Shown: positions 28,905 through 38,896 of the stretch, piece after piece
Numbering within the stretch: position 1 is the stretch's first letter
Layout: each line of letters opens with the position of its first letter
Source: Magnetococcales bacterium
GTDB lineage: Bacteria > Pseudomonadota > Magnetococcia > Magnetococcales > JADFYX01
NCBI GenBank assembly: GCA_015231305.1
Contig: JADGBW010000001.1
Coordinates: forward strand, 46,190-110,189
Length of the DNA: 64,000 nucleotides
Direction of reading: 5' to 3'
Notes under the pieces: generated by a model
Told to the model about the DNA's origin: nothing
The model's input: the letters and a program-made list of their open reading frames with translations, nothing else
Database searches by the model: none
Translations under genes and position numbers: made by a program

Positions 28905-29804
28905 TCAATCTAGCAGCACCACCGCTAAAACTTCATTGCCACTACCAATATATTCTAACCTATCAAAACTGCCACTTTTTGCCATAGCAATACCATAACC
29001 GTGGCTTTTATATGACCCAAATGGGTCGGCATCTATTATAGACTTCCAATCAAACCCTTTTCCTTGATCCTTGATTAAAAACCTGATTTCATCTTCTGTA
29101 CGCTCAATTTTAACAACAACATACTTATCAGCATTTTCAGGCAGGGCTAATCGCCTCTCAACCTCTTTATCCCAAATATTTTTCTCATTCAAAACTGTTT
29201 TATCAGCGTAGGTTATGCCAAGGTTGCCGTGTTCAATAGCGTTAACAATTAGTTCACGTAGACCAAAAACCCTTTTTTCTGGCTCGGGACATATTAATGC
29301 TAATTGATCAGCTAGCTTTCTTGCATCGTTTAAAGTTTGCAGTTTAAACAGTGCCTCTTGCATGAGCATTAATGTATCATCAAATAGTTTGATTTTCTCT
29401 TGAAACTCTTCTTGAATGGCATGGTTTGCAAGCCACCTCTCCATTGCGGGAACCAAAGAGTTTAAATTCTCCTTGGCGACAACATCACAAACACCACAAT
29501 CAATTAGCTTTAATGTAAGGTCACGCTCAATATCATCAGTAACAACAATAAAAGGTACTCCACGGCCTTCTCTACGCCATAAAGTTAAAATTTGAGAGTT
29601 ACAAAAGTCTGGGCTGCTACTCTGAGCAATAAAAAGATCCCAGCTTCTTATCTCAAGAGCCTCTTCCATGCTCGATACAGAGTCAACAAGGAAACATTTT
29701 ACCTTAAAGTCTCGTTTGTTAAGCTCACGACGCATCATCTGAAAATCTTCTTCAGAATTTTCAATAACTAATACATAGAAAGTCTTTTGATCAACCACGG
29801 TCAT
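28905..29804 (-). CDS. Receiver-like domain fused to an RsbW/SpoIIAB-type anti-sigma serine kinase (HATPase_c)
   Basis: The C-terminus has LRELIVNAIEHGN (N-box), IKDQGKGFD (G1) and SHGYGIAMA (G2). The N-terminus is REC-like (YVLVIENSEEDFQMM...WDLFIAQ), and the acceptor position looks atypical. Confidence 0.65.
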   Translation of the reverse strand: MTVVDQKTFYVLVIENSEEDFQMMRRELNKRDFKVKCFLVDSVSSMEEALEIRSWDLFIAQSSSPDFCNSQILTLWRREGRGVPFIVVTDDIERDLTLKLIDCGVCDVVAKENLNSLVPAMERWLANHAIQEEFQEKIKLFDDTLMLMQEALFKLQTLNDARKLADQLALICPEPEKRVFGLRELIVNAIEHGNLGITYADKTVLNEKNIWDKEVERRLALPENADKYVVVKIERTEDEIRFLIKDQGKGFDWKSIIDADPFGSYKSHGYGIAMAKSGSFDRLEYIGSGNEVLAVVLLD

Positions 29805-29847
29805 AGTCCTTATCGTCCTAGAACCTCAGCTATGGTTTCTAGGGTTG

Positions 29848-31170
29848 TTAAGTTTGGTGGTTACGCAACCCTTTTACCATTGCTGGTAGAGTGCGAATCA
29901 TAATATAGGTCAAAATAGGCAGATGAACAATAAGCATTACACCAATAACTACATCTGCCAAAGACCACACCAAAGCAACAGGTAAAAACGGTCCGCAGAA
30001 GGTCGCCACAGCAAAAAACCAACGATATACTATAACGTTACCACCCCAAAGATAGTTATAGCAGCGTTCGGAAAAATAGGCCCAATTGATGATTGTAGTA
30101 AAGGCAAACAGACCTAAACAGACAAAAACCAGAGCTCGCCCAACTCCACCTAAACCAGTCTGAAAAGCTGTTACTGTAAGATAAGCTCCTGTTAGGCCAT
30201 GCCAATCACCTATTGAAAGGATAACCAAGCCTGTAATTGTGCAGACAATTAGAGTATCTACCAAAGGAACTAAAGCAGCAAGGTAAGCTCCCTGTGCAGG
30301 TGAATCATCGTTGGCCCCATGTAAAAATGGTGCGATACCCATCCCTGAAAAATGCGAAAAAACACCTCTCGAAACCCCAAACTGTATTGTTTGCATAAGA
30401 GTGTAACCAGCAACCCCTCCTCCTAAAGAGTATGGGTTGAAAGCATAGGTAAAAACAGAAGTTAGAGCTTTGATAGCTTCTATTGGATTATTGAATAGTA
30501 TAACCAGGCCACCAACAATATAAGCAATAACCATAAAAGGTGCGCTAGCCACACTAAAATTAATAATTGATTTTATACCACCAACCACAACAATAGCTAC
30601 AGCCGCAAACAATATGAAAGCTACTATAAATGTCGAAAAGCCAAGCTCGTTTGTAACAGCATGAGAAACAGAGTTAGCTTGAATAAGATTGGCACTAACC
30701 AGACCTTGAAAAAGAATAAGCCCTGCTAAAAGAGGAGCTAACGATGGAAAACGTTTACCAACAAATTTCTCTATATATGCCATAGGAGTAGCAAAAAGGG
30801 GAGATTTAGTATCTTTAGTGCTACTGCTAACAGAAATATATACTGAGCACATCCTAAATGAAGCTCCAGCTAAAGCTGACATCCACATCCAAAAAAGTGC
30901 TCCAGGACCACCTAAGTGTATTGCAGTACCAACACCGGCAAGGTTTCCAACCCCAATACCAGCAGCAAGAGCAGTAACAAAAGCATCTGTATGGTGAATA
31001 TGTTTTTCGGTTTTGTCTCTATTTCTACCTCTGCTCTGCCATGCCTGTTTAAGAACCTTAAACGAGCGTCGTAGTGCAAACCCGCGAGTTAAAACAAGAA
31101 AAAGCACGCCTATTTCAAGGTAGATTAAACTGAGCAATGGATTCCATATCCAAGATGCCAGCAACTCCAT
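29848..31170 (-). CDS. Alanine/glycine:cation symporter (AGCS) family transporter
   Basis: The 440-aa polytopic protein has an N-terminus (IWNPLLSLIYLEIGVLFLVLTRGFALRRSFKVLKQAW) and internal motifs typical of sodium:alanine symporters. Confidence 0.85.
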   Translation of the reverse strand: MELLASWIWNPLLSLIYLEIGVLFLVLTRGFALRRSFKVLKQAWQSRGRNRDKTEKHIHHTDAFVTALAAGIGVGNLAGVGTAIHLGGPGALFWMWMSALAGASFRMCSVYISVSSSTKDTKSPLFATPMAYIEKFVGKRFPSLAPLLAGLILFQGLVSANLIQANSVSHAVTNELGFSTFIVAFILFAAVAIVVVGGIKSIINFSVASAPFMVIAYIVGGLVILFNNPIEAIKALTSVFTYAFNPYSLGGGVAGYTLMQTIQFGVSRGVFSHFSGMGIAPFLHGANDDSPAQGAYLAALVPLVDTLIVCTITGLVILSIGDWHGLTGAYLTVTAFQTGLGGVGRALVFVCLGLFAFTTIINWAYFSERCYNYLWGGNVIVYRWFFAVATFCGPFLPVALVWSLADVVIGVMLIVHLPILTYIMIRTLPAMVKGLRNHQT

Positions 31171-31564
31171 TAACGTAGACTCCTAAAGCACAACAAACTC
31201 AATTGATTAGCCCGTAAAATGACAGCACGAAGTACGCATATGGTGTAATGGATTAACATATTTATTCAAAAAAAAATTTTAGTTAACGGGTAAGGGATAA
31301 AAGAAAACCGAGAAAGGCTTTAAAAACTAACCCCACAACTAGCGCAATGAATATAGCAAAACCCAACTGACCCAAAAATGTTCTTTCTTTTTTTGCCACT
31401 GATTTTCAACCAGAATATTCCAATAACGCTTCATGGCAAAATGGCCACGAATACTCACCCAACAATCACAAGCTAAAAGCAGTAAAAATACCTTTAACTA
31501 GTGAATGTTGGATGATGTGTCATAAAGTAATAATTATACAGAAATAACAACTACCAGAATTATA

Positions 31565-31927
31565 CTAAAGGAAGCTAAACCGTTTTTTCTTACAGTAGAA
31601 GTAACCACCAACGGCTCCAACTCCTATTAAAAGCCATGGATTTATAGCTCCCAGGCTGAAACCAAGAACTTTACCTGACATAAGTGAAGCAGGCAGAGCT
31701 TTTAGAGTTGCGCCAGATGTCATTGCTGCTGTTTGAGAAGTAGCAGCCCCTGTAGTAGCTCCGGCAGCACCAGCAGTTGTTGCTCCAGTAGCGACCATAC
31801 CCTTTGCACCAGCAGCTTTAGCAGCAACAGTTGCAACTTTTGGAGCCTGAAACTCAAGAGTTCCTGGTCCCATAATTGTTACAGCTTCACCAGTTTTTAA
31901 TGTTGTGACAATTTCTTGTACAGGCAT
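31565..31927 (-). CDS. Hypothetical small protein: Ala/Gly/Thr-rich low-complexity region, single C-terminal TM helix and a basic tail
   Basis: GAGGGA lies upstream of the ATG. The sequence runs ...AAKAAGAKGMVATGATTAGAAGATTGAATSQTAAMTSGA... then INPWLLIGVGAVGGYFYC-KKKRFSFL. I recognise no family. Confidence 0.5.
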   Translation of the reverse strand: MPVQEIVTTLKTGEAVTIMGPGTLEFQAPKVATVAAKAAGAKGMVATGATTAGAAGATTGAATSQTAAMTSGATLKALPASLMSGKVLGFSLGAINPWLLIGVGAVGGYFYCKKKRFSFL

Positions 31928-32052
31928 TTGTTATTCCCTCTTTTTTTGCTTAATATCAGAATTAAAATTTTCCTTAACTACCAATTTAATAAACGAATAA
32001 CAGTGTATCCTATAGTTGTGTTATATTCCAATGATATTTGCATTTCAATTTA

Positions 32053-32071
32053 GTTAATCGTAATCATTATC
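32053..32071. promoter_or_regulatory. Fur-box-like operator in a divergent promoter region
   Basis: GTTAATCGTAATCATTATC matches GATAATGATAATCATTATC at 16 of 19 positions by my count. It lies 126 nt from the ATG of the minus-strand gene at 31927 and 88 nt from the plus-strand gene at 32159. Confidence 0.6.
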
Positions 32072-32158
32072 ATTACTTGCGGTGTAGTTTATACTCATAT
32101 ATCTTGCAATCACAGATTATCACTAATATTTTTTAAATCTTTCTTCCAAGGTTCCTTC

Positions 32159-32674
32159 ATGCTTTTTTCCGAAAAATATCGTCTTATAAAAATATTTTTA
32201 AGTATATTTATTTTACTTCTTTTTTGCATATATGCTCAAATAGAAGGCAAGAGAATTAAAGATAATGAAATGGAAAAACATTCCAGCTGCCTTAAAAAAT
32301 CTCACATATGCAAAAACCTGACATTAAGCTACTACGGTATGGTAAGTGAAGTTACAAATAACAGTTTTACTTTTCATCCTAGAGTTTCTAAAGGGTTTGG
32401 TGGTGGAGATAAATTTGAATCTATACAACCACTGCACATAGAAGATACACCTCAAAACAGCCTGAAAACTGGTGACAAAATAAACCTTTTAGTTAGGTAC
32501 GACGAGCAATCTCTCCCTAATTTCGTAAAGTTCTATCAAATAAAAGGAGAGAGACGCTTTATAAAATATTTTATCTCATGTTTAGGCTTGGGGTTATGGT
32601 TGCTGCTATTTTTGCAGAGATATAATATATCTTGGCAGACAAAATCATTGTTTACCCCTAGAGTGGAGAGTTAA
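32159..32674 (+). CDS. Hypothetical membrane protein (hydrophobic N- and C-terminal segments)
   Basis: The N-terminal segment is IKIFLSIFILLLFCIYA and the C-terminal segment is FISCLGLGLWLLLFL. There is no recognisable domain. Confidence 0.4.
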   Translation: MLFSEKYRLIKIFLSIFILLLFCIYAQIEGKRIKDNEMEKHSSCLKKSHICKNLTLSYYGMVSEVTNNSFTFHPRVSKGFGGGDKFESIQPLHIEDTPQNSLKTGDKINLLVRYDEQSLPNFVKFYQIKGERRFIKYFISCLGLGLWLLLFLQRYNISWQTKSLFTPRVES

Positions 32675-32677
32675 ACA

Positions 32678-33148
32678 GTGCCAGATTTATTTACACATTT
32701 TGTATCAGGCTACATACCTGGAGAGTCCAACCCAAAAGGCCGTAACGATGCTCTTTTAGTAACTGGAGCCGTACTACCAGATATTTTGTCCAGAATACCG
32801 CAAATTGTGTTTGGCAATTTTATGGGTTTAAATGTTACCAATTTCTTTGGTGCACTGCATACCCCAGCAGGGTTTGGACTTTTTTGTTATCTTCTTGCTC
32901 ATTTTTTTCCGGCTGATGGTCGAAAAAAAGTATTCACATTACTTTTTGCTGGCAGTTTATTGCACTTTATACTAGACCTCATGCAAGCTCAATTTAACCA
33001 GGGTGTCTACATGCCTTTTTTTCCCTTTTCATTTAAAACCACTCAGTGGGGTATATTTCACTACAATGACAGCCTTTATCTTTTTCCTGTTTTGTTAGCC
33101 ATTACTATATTTACCTACTGGCGAAGGCGGGTAAAAACAAAATTATAG
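32678..33148 (+). CDS. YdjM-like membrane-bound metal-dependent hydrolase (DUF457-like)
   Basis: It has a GTG start 4 nt after the previous stop. MPDLFTHFVSGY is followed by several TM segments and conserved His residues (LHTP, LLHFILD). Confidence 0.5.
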   Translation: MPDLFTHFVSGYIPGESNPKGRNDALLVTGAVLPDILSRIPQIVFGNFMGLNVTNFFGALHTPAGFGLFCYLLAHFFPADGRKKVFTLLFAGSLLHFILDLMQAQFNQGVYMPFFPFSFKTTQWGIFHYNDSLYLFPVLLAITIFTYWRRRVKTKL

Positions 33149-33351
33149 AAAAAAGTTTGAACAATTATTTTTCATACCTAATTTTAATGAACATTATGTT
33201 AGATAATAGTGACTATCATAAATAAACATGCGTACACTTTCTTAGTAACTTGCGATTTTTTTATATTTTGCGCAATATATAAACAGACTCAAAGGATGCA
33301 ACAAGCTAGCAAGCTGAATATAAAACCGCATTTTTCTAGGAACATGAGCTA

Positions 33352-34641
33352 ATGATCAAAAAAATCTCTATAGATCAATTAGAAGCAGGTATGTTTGTAA
33401 ATGACTTCAACCATGACTGGAAGAACCCCTGCTGCCAAGATAAGGACCCTAACGCTTTTAGAGGTGCAAGGTTTATTCAAACTGACGATGAAGTAAGGGC
33501 AATAATTAACCATGGTATAACAGAACTTTATATTGATTCTGAAAAAGGCAAAGATGTAGAGTCAGCACAATCTGCCCAGGATATTGAAGCAAGCTTAGAA
33601 GCGCAAATGCGTGCGTTGGATGATGATTTTGAAGATGAACCTAAACCTGTTAGAGAGGTCCATTTTAACGACGAGGTAAAACAGGCAAGCCAAGCAAAAG
33701 ATCAAGCCAGAAAGCTAGTTGGCAATATTTTAGTAGATTCTCGTTTGGGTAAACAAGTTACACTAGCTCCTGTTAAAGATGCTGTTACCCAAATGGCAGA
33801 GTCTATGTTTAGAAACCCTGATGCTATCTTATCCTTAAGCCTTATTAAAAAAAGAGATGAATATACCTTCATGCACTCGGTTAATGTCGGGGTTTTTCTC
33901 ATGTCTTTTTGTCGTGCAATGGAGATGAAAGAAGAAGAGATAATAAATGTTGGCATTGGTGGTATGCTTCATGATATCGGCAAAATGCATACACCTGAAG
34001 AGGTACTTAACAAAAAAGGCAAGTTAACAGATGAAGAGTTTGCAATAATGCAAGAACATGTAGTTTTCAGTCGTAAAATTTTAGAAGATACACCAGGAAT
34101 TGAAGATATAAGCATAAAGGTTGCTGCTCAACATCATGAACGCTTCGATGGTACAGGCTACCCGATGGGATTAAAGGGTGATGATATAAACTTTTTTGGT
34201 CAGATGGCAGCAATTGTCGATGTTTACGATGCCATAACATCGGACCGTTGTTACCATAAAGGCAACCCACCAAATTTGGCCTTAAAAAGAATGTTAGATT
34301 GGAGCAAGCACCATTTTAACATGGAGCTATTCCAAAAATTTATCCAGTGTGTAGGCATTTATCCTATGGGAACCTTAGTACGATTGAAAAATAATTTAGT
34401 TGGTGTTGTTCTCCGCCCTAATAAAGAGAGCCTTCTGCACCCTGTTATAAAAATAGTACTTAACGCAAAAACCAAAAAATTAGTACAACCAAAAGAGTTA
34501 AACCTCCTTGCTTTCAAAGACGCTAAACAAGACAAAAAAACAGAAGGCTTTGCAATTGCAGGAGCAGAGTCCAGCGAAAAATGGAAGATCAACCCAGCAA
34601 AATATATGACAGAGCCACAACTATATAAAGATAGCAATTAA
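33352..34641 (+). CDS. HD-GYP domain protein (probable c-di-GMP phosphodiesterase)
   Basis: MLHDIGK and HHERFDGTGYP are the supporting motifs. The N-terminus MIKKISIDQLEAGMFV is typical of the accessory domain seen on HD-GYP proteins. Confidence 0.85.
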   Translation: MIKKISIDQLEAGMFVNDFNHDWKNPCCQDKDPNAFRGARFIQTDDEVRAIINHGITELYIDSEKGKDVESAQSAQDIEASLEAQMRALDDDFEDEPKPVREVHFNDEVKQASQAKDQARKLVGNILVDSRLGKQVTLAPVKDAVTQMAESMFRNPDAILSLSLIKKRDEYTFMHSVNVGVFLMSFCRAMEMKEEEIINVGIGGMLHDIGKMHTPEEVLNKKGKLTDEEFAIMQEHVVFSRKILEDTPGIEDISIKVAAQHHERFDGTGYPMGLKGDDINFFGQMAAIVDVYDAITSDRCYHKGNPPNLALKRMLDWSKHHFNMELFQKFIQCVGIYPMGTLVRLKNNLVGVVLRPNKESLLHPVIKIVLNAKTKKLVQPKELNLLAFKDAKQDKKTEGFAIAGAESSEKWKINPAKYMTEPQLYKDSN

Positions 34642-34662
34642 AGCTAAGAAAAATATATAAAA

Positions 34663-34681
34663 TACCTGTCTGTAACAGGTA
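34663..34681 (+). terminator. Weak hairpin after the HD-GYP gene (possible terminator)
   Basis: TACCTGT-CTGTA-ACAGGTA is a 7-bp stem. The downstream tract AAAATTTC is not a good U-run. Confidence 0.3.
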
Positions 34682-34765
34682 AAATTTCATGCAACATTCA
34701 CATTTAACTGGTTCTGTTATATGCTATAGGGGTAGTTTGCGTTAATTACTAAAATAGTAGGCATA

Positions 34766-37700
34766 ATGAACCATCCACTGCTGAAGTCTCTTACACCAAT
34801 TTTAGAACAATCCTCCGCTGGCAACATAGCCACAATTGGCAATGTACCAGACGGTTCTTTAGCTTGGCTTACTGCCCTTTTGTCTAGAGAATCTCAAAAC
34901 CCTTTGGTTTTGGTTACAGGCAAAAACAGCAGGGCTGAAGCTTTATATAGGGAACTGCTATTTTTCTCAGAACAAGCAGGCCCAGCACTGCCCTTGCTAC
35001 CATTTCCGGCTTGGGAGACCTTACCATTTGAGAGGTTGTCACCTTTTCCTCCTCTTGTGGGAGAGAGAGTTACCACTCTTTTCCGCTTAACACAGATGGC
35101 TGGTCTTGGCCCTGTTTTAGCAGAAGATGAAGCAGGTCATAGCCGTGGAGTTATCATCACCACCCCACGAGCATTAATGCAACGTTTAATGCCTAGAAAC
35201 CTATTAACCAAACACGGTTTTTCTATCACCTCTGGAGACCAGCTAGACCTACCATCTTTTCGTACTTTTCTCACAACAGCTGGTTATTATTCAGCCTCAC
35301 AAGTTGCAGAACCCGGTGAATTTTCTGTTAGAGGAGGAATATTAGACTTTTTTCCTCCTGGCCATGAAGACCCGGTACGAATAGAACTGTTTGGTGATGA
35401 GGTTGAAACTTTGCGTCTGTTTGACCCTGTTAGCCAACGCTCAACAGATCGCATACAAAGGGTACAAGCCCTGCCTGTGAGTGAAGTTTTACTTAACGAT
35501 AAAACAATAAAACATTTTCGTACTAACTTTAGACAAATTTTTGGTGGTAGTAGTTCTAGTTTGGATCTTTATAAAGAGATATCAAACGGTGAAAAAGTAC
35601 AAGGTATGGAACATTTCCTACCGTTGTTTTATGAAGAAACCCAAACCCTGTTTGATTATTTACCAGATGGCACCAGCTTTATATTGGATACCAATACTTT
35701 CAGTGAAATGGAGTCCTTTGCTGCTGAAATAGAACAACGCCATAAACTTCTAAGCCAACAAGATTCAACCCAACCCCAAGCTCTCTCAGCTAGTTACCAC
35801 CTATCACCAGAAAAGTTGTATCTGAAAACAGCAGAAATTAAGGAAAATTTAGCACATTTTAAGGTTATACAAACTGATCCTCAACAACCTGAAAATGCAA
35901 TATCTATAGGCTTTAGCCAAACACCTGACTTTATAGCCCAAGCCCATTTAAACCAAGATGATAAAAATATATCAGCCTTAGAGCGAGCTATATTATTTAT
36001 TAAAAATGGTCAGGTAGAAGGTTTGCGAATTTGCGTTGCAGTACGCACAATTGGGCAACGCGAACACCTAAGAGAAACACTTGAAGATAATAAAATTGTA
36101 GTTTCTGACTCACTAAATTGGGAGCTTGGTTTAGCTGCTCCTCCTGGTCCTGTGCGTTTAATTATTGGTGATGTAGATAGAGGCTTTATACACAACCGTT
36201 TTGGCATAATAATGCTCACAGAAGGGAGCATATTTGGAACCAAAGTACGCAGAAGACAGCTTGACCAACGTTATCTTGACCAACTATTAGCAAGCTTTGC
36301 CGACTTAAAAGAGGGTAATTTAGTTGTTCACAACGACCACGGTATAGGCCGTTTTGGTGGTTTGCACTCTTTAGATGTTGGGGAAATTCGCAACGATTTT
36401 CTGCTTATTTTCTATTCAGGATCAGACAAACTTTACGTCCCAGTAGAAAACCTTGATAGGGTGAGCAAATATTCTGGAGCTGATGAGTCAACATTAGATA
36501 AACTTGGTGGCAACAAATGGAAGGCAACCAAGAAAAAAGCCAAGAAAAAAATATTGGAGATGGCGTCAGACCTAGTTGCCCTGCAAGCACAAAGAGAGTC
36601 TAAAAAAGGTTTTTCCTTCTCAGGCATCGACCCTGCATATCAAGAGTTTGCTGCTAACTTCCCTTTTGATGAAACGTTGGATCAATCCCACGCAATAAAC
36701 ACAACATTAGAAGATATGGCATCTACCCGTCCTATGGATAGGTTGATATGTGGCGATGTTGGTTTTGGTAAAACTGAAGTAGCCCTGCGTGCTGCATTTA
36801 GAGCGTTGATGGATGGCAAACAGGTGGCTATTCTCACCCCAACAACCATCCTTGCCCAACAGCACTATGAGACATTTTCCAACCGTCTTGCAGCATACCC
36901 TGTAAACATAGAGCTATTATCACGTTTTCGCTCTCCAGCCCAACAGAAAAAAACTGTCTCGCAACTAAAAGTTGGAGTGGTAGATTTAATAGTAGGAACC
37001 CACCGCTTATTGCAAAAGGATATCACTTTTAAAGATTTAGGATTGTTAATTGTCGATGAAGAACAACGCTTTGGTGTTACCCATAAAGAGCGCATAAAAC
37101 AGCTACGAACAACAGTTGATATTCTAACCCTAACAGCAACCCCTATTCCACGTACCATGCACATGGCAATGGCAGGGGTGAGAGATATTTCAATAATCTC
37201 CACACCTCCAGTTGATAGGCTCTCCATCCGTACACTTATCTGCCAATATGAAAAAAATGTTGTACGTGAAGCTATACTCCGAGAGATACATCGTGGTGGG
37301 CAGGTCTATTATCTATATAACCGTGTGCAAGATATTGAAAAAATGGGTGCTAGGTTAAATGAATTAGTACCAGAAGCCAAAATTGGTATAGCTCACGGAC
37401 AGATGCGAGAAAGCCATTTAGAAAAAATTATGCTCTCATTTTATGCTCAAGAGTTTAACCTGCTTTTATGTTCTACAATTATCGAAAACGGTGTTGATAT
37501 CCCCACTGCCAACACTATAATTATCCACCGTGCAGATAAGTTTGGTTTAGCCCAACTACATCAATTAAGGGGTAGGGTTGGCAGGTCAAAACACCGCGCT
37601 TATGCATACCTGCTTACCCCTCACCCTGACAGCATATCAGCAGACGCAAAAAAACGTTTAGATGCCATAGAAAACCTATCTGGCCTTGGTGCTGGGTTTA

Positions 37701-38323
37701 TGCTAGCCACCCACGATTTAGAAATTAGAGGAGCAGGCAACCTGTTGGGTGATGAACAGTCTGGTCAAGTTCGTGAAGTTGGCTATGAGCTATACAATCA
37801 AATGTTAAAAGAGGCCATCCGCGCCCTTAAAAGTGGCGGTGATACTAGTATTGCAGATAAAGAAGCCGAAGAGGAAATTGTACCTGCAATTAGCATGCAC
37901 TTATCCACCCACATACCAATGGAATATATATCTGATGTGCAGTTACGCTTAACCTTATACAAGCGCATAGCTGAGCTTTCCGACTCTGAAGAGATTTCAC
38001 AAATGCGAGTAGAGCTAATAGACCGTTTCGGCCCCCTACCCGACTCTGTAGATTATCTATTAAAAGTAATGGGAATAAAACATCACTGCCAAAAATTAAA
38101 AATTCTAAAACTAGAAGCCGGCCCCAAAGGCGCAGCCCTATCATTCCACCCAGAACCAGCAATAAACACCGAAGCCCTAATTAACATGATACAAAAAGGC
38201 GGCGGCTGGGTAGTTTTCAAACCAGAATCAAGAACCCTATCCTTCAGAGAACGCAACTGGGTAGATCCAACAAACCGCCTAGAAGATATTGGCGAACTGT
38301 TGCAAGCTCTCGAGGTTAAGTAA
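34766..38323 (+). CDS. mfd: Transcription-repair coupling factor Mfd
   Basis: The protein is 1185 aa. GDVGFGKTEVALRAAF (motif I), VDEEQRFG (motif II), LTATPIPRT and QLRGRVGRS support the call. Confidence 0.95.
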   Translation: MNHPLLKSLTPILEQSSAGNIATIGNVPDGSLAWLTALLSRESQNPLVLVTGKNSRAEALYRELLFFSEQAGPALPLLPFPAWETLPFERLSPFPPLVGERVTTLFRLTQMAGLGPVLAEDEAGHSRGVIITTPRALMQRLMPRNLLTKHGFSITSGDQLDLPSFRTFLTTAGYYSASQVAEPGEFSVRGGILDFFPPGHEDPVRIELFGDEVETLRLFDPVSQRSTDRIQRVQALPVSEVLLNDKTIKHFRTNFRQIFGGSSSSLDLYKEISNGEKVQGMEHFLPLFYEETQTLFDYLPDGTSFILDTNTFSEMESFAAEIEQRHKLLSQQDSTQPQALSASYHLSPEKLYLKTAEIKENLAHFKVIQTDPQQPENAISIGFSQTPDFIAQAHLNQDDKNISALERAILFIKNGQVEGLRICVAVRTIGQREHLRETLEDNKIVVSDSLNWELGLAAPPGPVRLIIGDVDRGFIHNRFGIIMLTEGSIFGTKVRRRQLDQRYLDQLLASFADLKEGNLVVHNDHGIGRFGGLHSLDVGEIRNDFLLIFYSGSDKLYVPVENLDRVSKYSGADESTLDKLGGNKWKATKKKAKKKILEMASDLVALQAQRESKKGFSFSGIDPAYQEFAANFPFDETLDQSHAINTTLEDMASTRPMDRLICGDVGFGKTEVALRAAFRALMDGKQVAILTPTTILAQQHYETFSNRLAAYPVNIELLSRFRSPAQQKKTVSQLKVGVVDLIVGTHRLLQKDITFKDLGLLIVDEEQRFGVTHKERIKQLRTTVDILTLTATPIPRTMHMAMAGVRDISIISTPPVDRLSIRTLICQYEKNVVREAILREIHRGGQVYYLYNRVQDIEKMGARLNELVPEAKIGIAHGQMRESHLEKIMLSFYAQEFNLLLCSTIIENGVDIPTANTIIIHRADKFGLAQLHQLRGRVGRSKHRAYAYLLTPHPDSISADAKKRLDAIENLSGLGAGFMLATHDLEIRGAGNLLGDEQSGQVREVGYELYNQMLKEAIRALKSGGDTSIADKEAEEEIVPAISMHLSTHIPMEYISDVQLRLTLYKRIAELSDSEEISQMRVELIDRFGPLPDSVDYLLKVMGIKHHCQKLKILKLEAGPKGAALSFHPEPAINTEALINMIQKGGGWVVFKPESRTLSFRERNWVDPTNRLEDIGELLQALEVK

Positions 38324-38896
38324 AAACCCTCTTAATATTCCAATAAGCAAAATAGAAAATAATAGTCAATATATTAACAATCTGATCTACTTAAATAACT
38401 TTTATATTTTTTTCGACAGAGAATATCTGTACTTTATTATCTGTCGGCAGAATATAACTTCATACACAAAAAGCAAATGTACTACTCGCTAATAATATAT
38501 TAATTTCGCATTATATTTACAATAAATAAACACCACATAAATAACAAAAAATATAGCTACTAATTAACTTATAATTAATAGCAATACAGCATAAAAAGCT
38601 AGTGTTAAAATGTCGCTAAGTTGTATCAATCTAAGATTTAACCCAATATAGATTCAGTTAAACTAAAGAAGAACAAACAACTCTATACAACCGATCAAAA
38701 ATAATTTTCTGCAATTTTTACTACTGTTTATTTTATCAACTAACAATTCGCATATACAAACAACAAATATATTTCTTGCATTATTATATGGTGCTATTAT
38801 ATAGTTTATTAAATCTAGAAGTCCTGCCTGTCCACCATGACTTCTGTTTTGATTAGATGATAACTATATGTCATTAATTTTTTAAAACAGGGAATA

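Noticed and set aside
29812-29840. An imperfect hairpin CCTAGAACC...GGTTTCTAGG between the symporter gene and the REC-kinase gene
   Set aside because: It has one bulge and no U-run on the coding strand, and it is unrelated to the repeat family. Evidence for a terminator or operator is insufficient.
31283-31434. A small minus-strand ORF (MKRYWNILVENQWQKKKEHF...) that reads as a TM helix (LGQLGFAIFIALVVGLVFKAFLGFLLSLTR) only after a frameshift near A7/T5 runs
   Set aside because: It needs an assumed frameshift, and neither part is long enough or motif-bearing. I cannot separate a decayed mini-gene from chance.
23209-31927. A magnetosome-related reading of feoAB plus the Gly/Ala-rich membrane mini-protein
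   Set aside because: No mam, mms or mad-like genes, magnetochrome CXXCH motifs or other hallmarks occur in the window. feoAB and Gly/Ala-rich tail-anchored proteins are not specific.
38289-38492. A 67-aa ORF in the AT-rich spacer after mfd
   Set aside because: It overlaps the mfd 3' end and continues into very AT-rich non-coding-looking DNA, with an N/I/Y/F-rich translation.
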